Source of the DNA: Eledone cirrhosa
Lineage: Eukaryota
Length of the DNA: 64,000 bases
NCBI GenBank assembly: GCA_964016885.1
Contig: OZ024743.1
Location: 270,072,001 to 270,136,000 of the forward strand
Direction of reading: 5' to 3'
Below the pieces are notes generated by a model that was given only the letters and a program-made list of their open reading frames with translations, made no database searches and was not told where the DNA came from. Of this stretch, positions 39,001 through 50,939 are shown one piece after another. Made by a program: the position numbers and the translations under genes. The first letter of the stretch is position 1, and each line of letters begins with the position of its first letter.

Positions 39001-42000
39001 TGTTAGTGGTGTTGGTAGTAGTGTTTGAGGTGGTGGTGGTGTTAGAGGTGTTGGTAGTAGTGTTTGAGGTGGTGTTGATGTTAGTGGTGTTGGGTGTAGT
39101 GTTTGAGGTGGTGTTGATGTTAGCGGTGTTGGTAGTAGTGTTTGAGGTGGTGTTGATGTTAGTGGTGTTGGTAGTAGTGTTTGAGGTGGTGGTGGTGTTA
39201 GAGGTGTTGGTAGTAGTGTTGGAGGTGGTGTTGATGTTAGTGGTGTTGGTAGTAGTGTTTGACGTGGTGTTGATGTTAGTGCTGTTGGTAGTAGTGTTTG
39301 AGGTGGTGTTGATGTTAGTGGTGTTGGTAGTAGTGTTTGAGGTGGTGTTGATGTTAGTGGTGTTGGTAGTAGTGTTTGAGGAGGTGTTGATGTTAGTGGT
39401 GTTGGTAGTAGTGTTTGAGGAGGTGTTGATGTTAGTGGTGTTGGTAGTAGTGTTTGAGGAGGTGTTGATGTTAGTGGTGTTGGGTGTAGTGTTTGAGGTG
39501 GTCTTGATGTTAGTGGTGTTGGTAGTAGTGTTTGAGGTGGTGTTGATGTTAGTGGTGTTGGGGGTAGTATTTGAGGTGGTGTTGATGTTAGCGGTGTTGG
39601 TAGTAGTGTTTGAGGTGGTGTTGATGTTAGCGGTGTTGGGGGTAGTGTTTGAGGTGGTGTTGATGTTAGTGGTGTTGGTAGTAGTGTTTGAGGTGGTGTT
39701 GATGTTAGTGGTGTTGGTAGTAGTGTTTGAGGTGGTGTTGATGTTAGTGGTGTTGGTAGTAGTGTTTGAGGTTGTGTTGATATTAGCGGTGTTGGTAGTA
39801 GTGTTTGAGGTGGTGTTGATGTTAGCGGTGTTGGTAGTAGTGTTTGAGGTGGTGTTGATGTTAGTGGTGTTGGTAGTAGTGTTTGAGGAGGTGTTGATGT
39901 TAGCGGTGTTGGTAGTAGTGTTTGAGGTGGTGTTGATGTTAGCGGTGTTGGTAGTACTGTTTGAGGTGGTGTTGATGTTAGCGGTGTTGGTAGTAGTGTT
40001 TGAAGTGATGTTGATGTTAGCGGTGTTGGTAGTAGTGTTTGAGGTGGTGTTGATGTTAGCTGTGTTGGTAGTAGTGTTTGAGGTGGTGTTGATGTTAGTG
40101 GTGTTGGTAGTAGTGTTTGAGGTGGTGTTGACGTTAGTGGTGTTGGTAGTAGTGTTTGAGATGGTGTTGATGTTAGTGGTGTTGGGGGTAGTGTTTGAGG
40201 TGGTGTTGAATTTAGTGGTGTTGGTAGTAGTGTTTGAGGTGGTGTTGATGTTAGTGGTGTTGGGGGTAGTGTTTGAGGTGGTGTTGATTTTAGTGGTGTT
40301 GGTAGTAGTGTTTGAGGTGGTGTTGATGTTAGTGGTGTTGGTAGTAGTGTTTGAGGTGGTGTTGATGTTAGTGGTGTTGGTAGTAGTGTTTGACGTGGTG
40401 TTGATGTTAGTGGTATGGGGTAGTGTTTGGAGTGGTGTTGATGTTGATGGTGTTGGTAGTAGTGTTTGAGGTGGTGTTGATGTTAGTGGTGTTGGTAGTA
40501 GTGTTTGAGGTGGTGTTGATGTTAGTGGTGTTGGTAGTAGTGTTTGACGTGGTGTTGATGTTAGTGGTATGGGGTAGTGTTTGGAGTGGTGTTGATGTTG
40601 ATGGTGTTGGTAGTAGTGTTTGAGGAGGTGTTGATGTTAGTGGTGTTGGTAGTAGTGTTTGAGGTGGTGTTGATGTTAGTGGTGTTGGTAGTAGTGTTTG
40701 AGGAGGTGTTGATGTTAGTGGTGTTGGTAGTAGTGTTTGAGGTGGTGTTGATGTTAGTGGTGTTGGTAGTAGTGTTTGAGGTGGTGTTGACGTTAGTGGT
40801 GTTGGTAGTAGTGTTTGAGGTGGTGTTGACGTTAGTGGTGTTGGTAGTAGTGTTTGAGGTGGTGTTGATGTTAGTGGAGTTGGTAGTAGTGCTTGAGGTG
40901 GTGTTGATGTTAGTGGTGTTGGTAGTAGTGTTTGAGGTGGTGTTGATGTTAGTGGTGTTGGTAGTAGTGTTTGAGGTGGTGTTGATATTAGCGGTGTTGG
41001 TAGTAGTGTTTGAGGTGGTGTTGATGTTAGCGGTGTTGGTAGTAGTGTTTGAGGTGGTGTTGATGTTAGCGGTGTTGGTAGTAGTGTTTGAGGTGGTGTT
41101 GATGTTAGTGGTGTTGGTAGTAGTGTTTGAGGTGGTGTTGATATTAGCAGTGTTGGTAGTAGTGCTTGAGGTGGTGTTGATGTTAGTGGTGTTGGTAGTA
41201 GTGTTTGAGGAGGTGTTGATGTTAGTGGTGTTGGTAGTAGTGTTTGCGGTGGTGTTGATGTTAGTGGTGTTGGTGGTAGTGTTTGAGGTGGTGTTGATGT
41301 TAGTGGTGTTGGTAGTAGTGTTTGAGGTGGTGTTGATGTTAGCGGTGTTGGTAGTAGTGTTTGAGGTGGTGTTGATGTTAGTGGTGTTGGTGGTAGTGTT
41401 TGAGGTGGTGTTGATGTTAGTGGTGTTGGTGGTAGTGTTTGAGGTGGTGTTGATGTTAGTGGTGTTGGTAGTAGTGTTTGAGGTGGTGTTGATGTTAGTG
41501 GTGTTGGTAGTAGTGTTTGGGGTGGTGATGATGTTAGTGGTGTTGGTAGTAGTGTTTGAGGTGGTGTTGATGTTAGTGGTGTTGTAAGTAGTGTTTGAGG
41601 TGGTATTGATGTTAGTGGTGTTGGCGGTAGTGTTTGGGGTGGTGTTTATGTTAGTGGTGTTGGCGGTAGTGTTTGAGGTGGTGTTGATGTTAGTGGTGTT
41701 GGTAGTAGTATTTGAGGTGGTGTTGATGTCAGTGGTGTTGGCGGTAGTGTTTGGGGTGGTGATGATGTTAGTGGTGTTGGTAGTAGTGTTTGTGGTGGTG
41801 TTGATGTTAGTGGTGTTGGCGGTAGTGTTTGGGGTGGTGTTGATGTTAGTGGTTTTGGGGTAGTGTTTGGAGTGGTGTTGATGTTAGTGGGGTTGGAGGT
41901 AGTGTTTGAGGTGGTGTTGATGTTAGTGGTGTTGGTAGTAGTGTTTGAGGTGGTGTTGATGTTAGTGGTGTTGGTAGTAGTGTTTGACGTGGTGTTGTTG

Positions 42001-43320
42001 TTAGTGGTGTTGGTAGTAGTGTTTGAGGTGGTGTTGATGTTAGTGGTGTTGGTAGTACTGTTTGAGGTGGTGTTGATGTTAGTGGTGTTGGTAGTAGTGT
42101 TTGAGGTGGTGTTGATGTTAGTGGTGTTGGTAGTAGTGTTTGAGGTGGTGTTGATGTTAGCGGTGTTGGTAGTAGTGTTTGAGGTGGTGTTGATGTTAGT
42201 GGTGTTGGTAGTAGTGTTTGAGGTGGTGTTGATGTTAGTGGGGTTGGTAGTAGTGTTTGAGGTGGTGTTGATGTTAGTGGTGTTGGTAGTAGTGTTTGAG
42301 GAGGTGTTGATGTTAGTGGTGTTGGTAGTAGTGTTTGAGGTGGTGGTGGTGTTAGAGGTGTTGGTAGTAGTGTTGGAGGTGGTGTTGATGTTAGTGGTGT
42401 TGGTAGTAGTGTTTGAGGAGGTGTTGATGATAGTGGTGTTGGTAGTAGTGTTTGAGGTGGTGTTGATGTTAGTGGTGGTGGTAGTAGTGTTTGAGGTGGT
42501 GTTGATGTTAGTGGTGTTGGGGTAGTGTTTGAGGTGGTGTTGATGTTAGTGGTGTTGGTAGTAGTGTTTGAGGTGGTGTTGATGTTAGTGGTGTTGGTAG
42601 TAGTGTTTGAGGTGGTGTTGATGTTAGTGGTGTTGGTAGTAGTGTTTGAGCAGGTGTTGATGTTAGTGGTGTTGGTAGTAGTGTTTGAGGTGGTGGTGGT
42701 GTTAGAGGTGTTGGTAGTAGTGTTTGAGGTGGTGTTGATGTTAGTGGTGTTGGGTGTAGTGTTTGAGGTGGTGTTGATGTTAGCGGTGTTGGTAGTAGTG
42801 TTTGAGGTGGTGTTGATGTTAGTGGTGTTGGTAGTAGTGTTTGAGGTGGTGGTGGTGTTAGAGGTGTTGGTAGTAGTGTTGGAGGTGGTGTTGATGTTAG
42901 TGGTGTTGGTAGTAGTGTTTGACGTGGTGTTGATGTTAGTGCTGTTGGTAGTAGTGTTTGAGGTGGTGTTGATGTTAGTGGTGTTGGTAGTAGTGTTTGA
43001 GGTGGTGTTGATGTTAGTGGTGTTGGTAGTAGTGTTTGAGGAGGTGTTGATGTTAGTGGTGTTGGTAGTAGTGTTTGAGGAGGTGTTGATGTTAGTGGTG
43101 TTGGTAGTAGTGTTTGAGGAGGTGTTGATGTTAGTGGTGTTGGGTGTAGTGTTTGAGGTGGTCTTGATGTTAGTGGTGTTGGTAGTAGTGTTTGAGGTGG
43201 TGTTGATGTTAGTGGTGTTGGGGGTAGTATTTGAGGTGGTGTTGATGTTAGCGGTGTTGGTAGTAGTGTTTGAGGTGGTGTTGATGTTAGCGGTGTTGGG
43301 GGTAGTGTTTGAGGTGGTGT
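36070..43320. repeat. Tandem higher-order duplication, period 3,621/3,660 bp (93/94 monomers, net -6 bp)
   Basis: ORF starts 36802/40423 and 36956/40577 differ by 3621; 37931/41591, 38203/41863 and 38865/42525 differ by 3660. Shared rare variants include GAATTTAG, GTTGTAAGTA, GATGTCAG and GAGCAGGTG. Confidence 0.94.
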
Positions 43321-46300
43321 TGGTGTTAGTGGTGTTGGTAGTAGTCTTTGAGGTGGTGTTGATGTTAGTGGTATTGGTAGTAGTGTTTGAGGTGGTGTTG
43401 ATGTTAGTGGTGTTGGTAGTAGTGTTTGAGGTGGTGTTGATGTTAGTGGTGTTGGGGGTAGTGTTTGAGGTGGTGTTGATGTTAGTGGTGTTGGTAGTAG
43501 TGTCTGAGGTGGTGTTGATGTTAGTGGTGTTGGTAGTAGTGTTTGAGGTGGTGTTGATGTTAGTGGTGTTGGTAGTAGTGTTTGAGTTGGTGTTGATGTT
43601 AGTGGTGTTGGTAGTAGTGTTTGAGGTGGTGTTGATGTTAGTGGTGTTGGTAGTAGTTTTTGAGGTGGTGTTGATGTTAGTGGTGTTGGTAGTAGTGTTT
43701 GAGGTGGTGTTGATGTTAGTGGTGTTGGTAGTAGTGTTTGAGGTGGTGTTGATGTTAGTGGTGTTGGGGGTAGTGTTTGAGGTGGTGTTGATGTTAGTGG
43801 TGTTGGTAGTAGTGTCTGAGGTGGTGTTGATGTTAGTGGTGTTGGTAGTAGTGTTGTAGGTGGTGTTGATGTTAGTGGTGTTGGTAGTAGTGTTTGAGGT
43901 GGTGTTGATGTTAGTGGTGTTGGTAGTAGTGTTTGAGGTGGTGTTGATGTTAGTGGTGTTGGGGGTAGTGTTTGAGGTGGTGTTGATGTTAGTGGTGTTG
44001 GTAGTAGTGTTTGAGGTGGTGTTGATGTTAGTGGTGTTGGTAGTAGTGTTTGAGGTGGTGTTGATGTTAGTGGTGTTGGTAGTAGTGTTTGAGGTGGTGT
44101 TGATGTTAGTGGTGTTAGGGTAGTGTTTGAGGTGGTGTTGATGTTAGAGGTGTTGGTAGTAGTGTTTGAGGTGGTGTTGATGTTAGTGGTGTTGGTAGTA
44201 GTGTCTGAGGTGGTGTTGATGTTAGTGGTGTTGGGGGTAGTGTTTGAGGTGGTGTTTATGTTAGTGGTGTTGGTAGTAGTGTTTGAGGTGGTGTTAACGT
44301 TAGTGGTGTTGGTAGTAGTGTTTGAGGTGGTGTTGATGTTAGTGGTGTTGGTAGTAGTGTTTGACGTGGTGTTCATGTTAGTGGTGTTGGTAGTAGTGTT
44401 TGACATGGTGTTGTTGTTAGTGGTGTTGGTAGTAGTGTCTGAGGTGGTGTTGATGTTAGTGGTGTTGGTAGTAGTGTTTGAGGTGGTGTTGATGTTAGTG
44501 GTGTTGGTAGTAGTGTTTGAGGTGGTGTTGATGTTAGTGGTGTTGGTAGTAGTGTTTGAGGTGGTGTTGATGTTAGTGGTGTTGGGGGTAGTGTTTGAGG
44601 TGGTGTTGATGTTAGTGGTGTTGGTAGTAGTGTCTGAGGTGGTGTTGATGTTAGTGGTGTTGGTAGTAGTGTTTGAGGTGGTGTTGATGTTAGTGGTGTT
44701 GGTAGTAGTGTTTGAGGTGGTGTTGATGTTAGTGGTGTTGGGGGTATTTTTTGAGGTGGTGTTGATGTTAGTGGTGTTGGTAGTAGTGTTTGAGGTGGTG
44801 TTGATGTTAGTGGTGTTGGTAGTAGTGTTTGAGGAGGTGTTGATGTTAGTGCTGTTGGGTGTAGTGTTTGAGGTGGTCTTGATGTTAGTGGTGTTGGTAG
44901 TAGTGTTTGAGGTGGTGGTGGTGTTAGTGGTGTTGGTAGTAGTGTTTGAGGTGGTGTTGATGTTAGCGGTGTTGGTAGTAGTGTTTGAGGAGGTGTTGAT
45001 GTTAGTGGTGTTGGTAGTAGTGTTTGAGGTGGTGTTGATGTTAGTGGTGTTGGTAGTAGTGTTTGAGGAGGTGTTGATGTTAGTGGTGTTGGTAGTAGTG
45101 TTTGAGGTGGTGTTGATGTTAGTGGTGTTGGGGGTAGTATTTGAGGTGGTGTTGATGTTAGCGGTGTTGGTAGTAGTGTTTGAGGTGGTGTTGATGTTAG
45201 TGGTGTTGGGGGTAGTGTTTGAGGTGGTGTTGGTGTTAGTGGTGTTGGTAGTAGTCTTTGAGGTGGTGTTGATGTTAGTGGTATTGGTAGTAGTGTTTGA
45301 GGTGGTGTTGATGTTAGTGGTGTTGGTAGTAGTGTTTGAGGTGGTGTTGATGTTAGTGGTGTTGGTAGTAGTGTCTGAGGTGGTGTTGATGTTAGTGGTG
45401 TTGGTAGTAGTGTTTGAGGTGGTGTTGATGCTAGTGGTGTTGGTAGTAGTGTTTGAGGTGGTGTTGATGTTAGTGGTGTTGGTAGTAGTGTTTGAGTTGG
45501 TGTTGATGTTAGTGGTGTTGGTAGTAGTGTTTGAGGTGGTGTTGATGTTAGAGGTGTTGGTAGTAGTGTTTGAGGTGGTGTTTATGTTAGTGGTGTTGGT
45601 AGTAGTGTTTGAGGTGGTGTTGATGTTAGAGGTGTTGGTAGTAGTGTTTGAGGTGGTGTTAACGTTAGTGGTGTTGGTAGTAGTGTTTGAGGTGGTGTTG
45701 ATGTTAGTGGTGTTGGTAGTAGTGTTTGACGTGGTGTTCATGTTAGTGGTGTTGGTAGTAGTGTTTGACATGGTGTTGTTGTTAGTGGTGTTGGTAGTAG
45801 TGTCTGAGGTGGTGTTGATGTTAGTGGTGTTGGTAGTAGTTTTTGAGGTGGTGTTGATGTTAGTGGTGTTGGTAGTAGTGTTTGAGGTGGTGTTGATGTT
45901 AGTGGTGTTGGTAGTAGTGTTTGAGGTGGTGTTGATGTTAGTGGTGTTGGGGGTAGTGTTTGAGGTGGTGTTGATGTTAGTGGTGTTGGTAGTAGTGTCT
46001 GAGGTGGTGTTGATGTTAGTGGTGTTGGTAGTAGTGTTTGAGGTGGTGTTGATGTTAGTGGTGTTGGTAGTAGTGTTTGAGGTGGTGTTGATGTTAGTGG
46101 TGTTGGTAGTAGTGTTTGAGGTGGTGTTGATGTTAGTGGTGTTGGCAGTAGTGTTTGAGGTGGTGTTGATGTTAGTGGTGTTGGTAGTAGTGTTTGAGGT
46201 GGTGTTGATGTTAGTGGTGTTGGCAGTAGTGTTTGAGGTGGTTTTGATGTTAGTGGTGTTGGTAGTAGTGTTTGAGGTGGTGTTGATGTTAGTGGTGTTG

Positions 46301-49300
46301 GTAGTAGTGTTTGAGGTGGTGTTGATGTTAGTGGTGTTGGTAGTAGTGTTTGGGGTGGTGTTGATGTTAGTGGTGTTGGTAGTAGTGTTTGGGGTGGTGT
46401 TGATGTTAGTGGTGTTGGGGGTAGTGTTTGAGGTGGTGTTGATGTTAGTGGTGTTGGTAGTAGTGTTTGAGGAGGTGTTGATGTTAGTGGTGTTGGTAGT
46501 AGTGTTTGAGGTGGTGTTGATGTTAGTGGTGTTGGGGGTAGTGTTTGAGGTGGTGTTGATGTTAGCGGTGTTGGTAGTAGTGTTTGAGGTGGTGTTGATG
46601 TTAGTGGTGTTGGGGGTAGTGTTTGAGGTGGTGTTGGTGTTAGTGGTATTGGTAGTAGTGTTTGAGGTGGTGTTGATGTTAGTGGTGTTGGTAGTAGTGT
46701 TTGAGGTGGTGTTGATGTTAGTGGTGTTGGTAGTAGTGTTTGAGGTGGTGTTGATGTTAGTGGTGTTGGGGTAGTGTTTGAGGTGGTGTTGATGTTTGTG
46801 GTGGTGGTAGTAGTGTTTGAGGTGGTGTTGATGTTAGTGGTGTTGGTAGTAGTGTTTGAGGTGGTGTTGGTGTTAGTGGTGTTGGTAGTAGTGTTTGAGG
46901 TGGTGTTGATGTTAGCGGTGTTGGTAGTAGTGTTTGAGGTGGTGTTGATGTTAGTGGTGTTGGTAGTAGTGTTTGAGGTGGTGTTGATGTTAGTGGTGTT
47001 GGTAGTAGTGTTTGAGGTGGTGTTGGTGTTAGTGGTGTTGGTAGTAGTGTTTGAGGTGGTGTTGATGTTAGCGGTGTTGGTAGTAGTGTTTGAGGTGGTG
47101 TTGATGTTAGTGGTGTTGGTAGTAGTGTTTGAGGTGGTGTTGATGTTAGTGGTGTTGGTAGTAGTGTTTGAGGTGGTGTTGATGTTTGTGGTGGTGGTAG
47201 TAGTGTTTGAGGTGGTGTTGGTGTTAGTGGTGTTGGTAGTAGTGTTTGAGGTGGTGTTGGTGTTAGTGGTGTTGGTAGTAGTGTTTGAGGTGGTGTTGAT
47301 GTTAGCGGTGTTGGTAGTAGTGTTTGAGGTGGTGTTGATGTTAGTGGTGTTGGTAGTAGTGTCTGAAGTGGTGTTGATGTTAGTGGTGTTGGTAGTAGTG
47401 TTTGAGGTGGTGTTGATGCTAGTGGTGTTGGTAGTAGTGTTTGAGGTGGTGTTGATGTTAGTGGTGTTGGTAGTAGTGTTTGAGGTGGTGTTGATGTTAG
47501 TGGGGTTGGTAGTAGTGTTTGAGGTGGTGTTGATGTTAGTGGTGTTGGTAGTAGTGTTTGAGGTGGTGTTGATGTTAGTGGTGTTGGTAGTAGTGTTTGA
47601 GGAGGTGTTGATGTTAGTGGTGTTGGTAGTAGTGTTTGAGGAGGTGTTGATGTTAGTGGTGTTGGTAGTAGTGTTGGAGGTGGTGTTGATGTTAGTGGTG
47701 TTGGTAGTAGTGTTGGAGGTGGTGTTGATGTTAGTGGTGTTGGTAGTAGTGTTTGAGGTGGTGTTGATGTTAGTGGTGTTGGTAGTAGTGTTTGAGGTGG
47801 TGTTGATGTTAGTGGTGTTGGTAGTAGTGTTTGAGGTGGTGTTGCTGTTATTGGTGTTGGGTGTAGTGTTTGAGGTGGTGTTGATGTTAGCGGTGTTGGT
47901 AGTAGTGTTTGAGGTGGTGTGGATGTTAGTGGTGTTGGTAGTAGTGTTTGAGGTGGTGTTGATGTTAGTGGTGTTGGTAGTAGTGTTTGAGGTGGTGTTG
48001 ATGTTAGCGGTGTTGGTAGTAGTGTTTGAGGTGGTGTTGATGTTAGTGGTGTTGGTAGTAGTGTCTGAGGTGGTGTTGATGTTAGTGGTGTTGGTAGTAG
48101 TGTTTGAGGTGGTGTTGATGCTAGTGGTGTTGGTAGTAGTATTTGAGGTGGTGTTGATGTTAGTGGTGTTGGTAGTAGTGTTTGAGGTGGTGTTGATGTT
48201 AGTGGTGTTGGTAGTAGTGTTTGAGGTGGTGTTGATGTTAGTGGTGTTGGTAGTAGTGTTTGAGGTGGTGTTGATGTTAGTGGTGTTGGGGGTAGTGTTT
48301 GAGGTGGTGTTGATGTTAGTGGTGTTGGTAGTAGTGTTTGAGGTGGTGTTGATGTTAGTGGTGTTGGTAGTAGTGTTTGAGGTGGTGTTGATGTTAGTGG
48401 TGTTGGTAGTAGTGTTTGAGGTGGTGTTGATGTTAGTGGTGTTGGGGTAGTGTTTGAGGTGGTGTTGATGTTAGAGTTGTTGGTAGTAGTGTTTGAGGTG
48501 GTGTTGATGTTAGTGGTGTTGGTAGTAGTGTCTGAGGTGGTGTTGATGTTAGTGGTGTTGGGGGTAGTGTTTGAGGTGGTGTTTATGTTAGTGGTGTTGG
48601 TAGTAGTGTTTGAGGTGGTGTTGATGTTAGAGGTGTTGGTAGTAGTGTTTGAGGTGGTGTTAACGTTAGTGGTGTTGGTAGTAGTGTTTGAGGTGGTGTT
48701 GATGTTAGTGGTGTTGGTAGTAGTGTTTGACGTGGTGTTGATGTTAGTGGTGTTGGTAGTAGTGTTTGAGGTGGTGTTGATGTTAGTGGTGTTGGTAGTA
48801 GTGTTTGACGTGGTGTTGATGTTAGTGGTGTTGGTAGTAGTGTTTGAGGTGGTGTTGATGTTAGTGGTGTTGGTAGTAGTGTTTGAGGTGGTGTTCATGT
48901 TAGTGGTGTTGGTAGTAGTGTTTGACATGTTGTTGTTGTTAGTGGTGTTGGTAGTAGTGTCTGAGGTGGTGTTGATGTTAGTGGTGTTGGTAGTAGTGTT
49001 TGAGGTGGTGTTGATGTTAGTGGTGTTGGTAGTAGTGTTTGAGGTGGTGTTGATGTTAGTGGTGTTGGGGGTAGTGTTTGAGGTGGTGTTGATGTTAGTG
49101 GTGTTGGTAGTAGTGTCTGAGGTGGTGTTGATGTTAGTGGTGTTGGTAGTAGTGTTTGAGGTGGTGTTGATGTTAGTGGTGTCGGTAGTAGTGTTTGAGG
49201 TGGTGTTGATGTTAGTGGTGTTGGTAGTAGTGTTTGAGGTGGTGTTGATGTTAGTGGTGTTGGGGGTAGTGTTTGAGGTGGTGTTGATGTTAGTGGTGTT

Positions 49301-50939
49301 GGTAGTAGTGTTTGAGGTGGTGTTGATGTTAGTGGTGTTGGCAGTAGTGTTTGAGGTGGTGTTGATGTTAGCGGTGTTGGTAGTAGTGTTTGAGGTGGTG
49401 TTGATGTTAGTGGTGTTGGCAGTAGTGTTTGAGGTGGTTTTGATGTTAGTGGTGTTGGTAGTAGTGTTTGAGGTGGTGTTGATGTTAGTGGTGTTGGTAG
49501 TAGTGTTTGAGGTGGTGTTGATGTTAGTGGTGTTGGTAGTAGTGTTTGGGGTGGTGTTGATGTTAGTGGTGTTGGTAGTAGTGTTTGGGGTGGTGTTGAT
49601 GTTAGTCGTGTTGGGGGTAGTGTTTGAGGTGGTGTTGATGTTAGTGGTGTTGGTAGTAGTGTTTGAGGAGGTGTTGATGTTAGTGGTGTTGGGGTAGTGT
49701 TTGAGGTGGTGTTGATGTTTGTGGTGGTGGTAGTAGTGTTTGAGGTGGTGTTGATGTTAGTGGTGTTGTTAGTAGTGTTTGAGGTGGTGTTGATGTTAGT
49801 GGTGTTGGTAGTAGTGTTTGAGGTGGTGGTGGTGTTAGTGGTGTTGGTAGTAGTGTTTGAGGTGGTGTTGATGTTAGTGGTGTTGTTAGTAGTGTTTGAG
49901 GTGGTGTTGATGTTAGTGGTGTTGGTAGTAGTGTTTGAGGTGGTGTTGATGTTAGTGGTGTTGGTAGTAGTGTTTGAGGTGGTGTTGATGTTAGTGGTGT
50001 TGGTAGTAGTGTTTGAGGTGGTGTTGATGTTAGTGGTGTTGGGGTAGTGTTTGAGGTGGTGTTGATGTTTGTGGTGGTGGTAGTAGTGTTTGAGGTGGTG
50101 TTGATGTTAGTGGTGTTGTTAGTAGTGTTTGAGGTGGTGTTGATGTTAGTGGTGTTGGTAGTAGTGTTTGAGGTGGTGTTGATGTTAGTGGTGTTGGTAG
50201 TAGTGTTTGAGGTGGTGTTGATGTTAGCGGTGTTGGTAGTAGTGTTTGAGGTGGTGTTGATGTTAGTGGTGTTGGTAGTAGTGTTTGAGGTGGTGTTGAT
50301 GTTAGTGGTGTTGGTAGTAGTGTTTGAGGTGGTGTTGATGTTAGCGGTGTTGGTAGTAGTGTTTGAGGTGGTGTTGATGTTAGTGGTGTTGGTAGTAGTG
50401 TTTGAGGTGGTGTTGATGTTAGTGGTGTTGGCAGTAGTGTTTGAGGTGGTGTTGAAGTTAGCGGTGTTGGTAGTAGTGTTTGAGGTGGTGTTGATGTTAG
50501 TGGTGTTGGTAGTAGTGTTTGAGGTGGTGTTGATGTTAGCGGTGTTGGTAGTATTGTTTGAGGTGGTGTTGATGTTAGTGGGGTTGGTAGTAGTGTTTGA
50601 GGTGGTGTTGATGTTAGTGGTGTTGGTAGTAGTGTTTGAGGTGGTGTTGATGTTAGTGGTGTTGGTAGTAGTGTTTGAGGAGGTGTTGATGTTAGTGGTG
50701 TTGGTAGTAGTGTTTGAGGAGGTGTTGATGTTAGTGGTGTTGGTAGTAGTGTTGGAGGTGGTGTTGATGTTAGTGGTGTTGGTAGTAGTGTTGGAGGTGG
50801 TGTTGATGTTAGTGGTGTTGGTAGTAGTGTTTGAGGTGGTGTTGATGTTAGTGGTGTTGGTAGTAGTGTTTGAGGAGGTGTTGATGTTATTGGTGTTGGG
50901 TGTAGTGTTTGAGGTGGTGTTGATGTTAGCGGTGTTGGT

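Noticed and set aside
44115-44120. TTAGGG telomeric hexamer
   Set aside because: It is a single copy made by a point variant of TTGGGG, and there is no canonical telomere tract.
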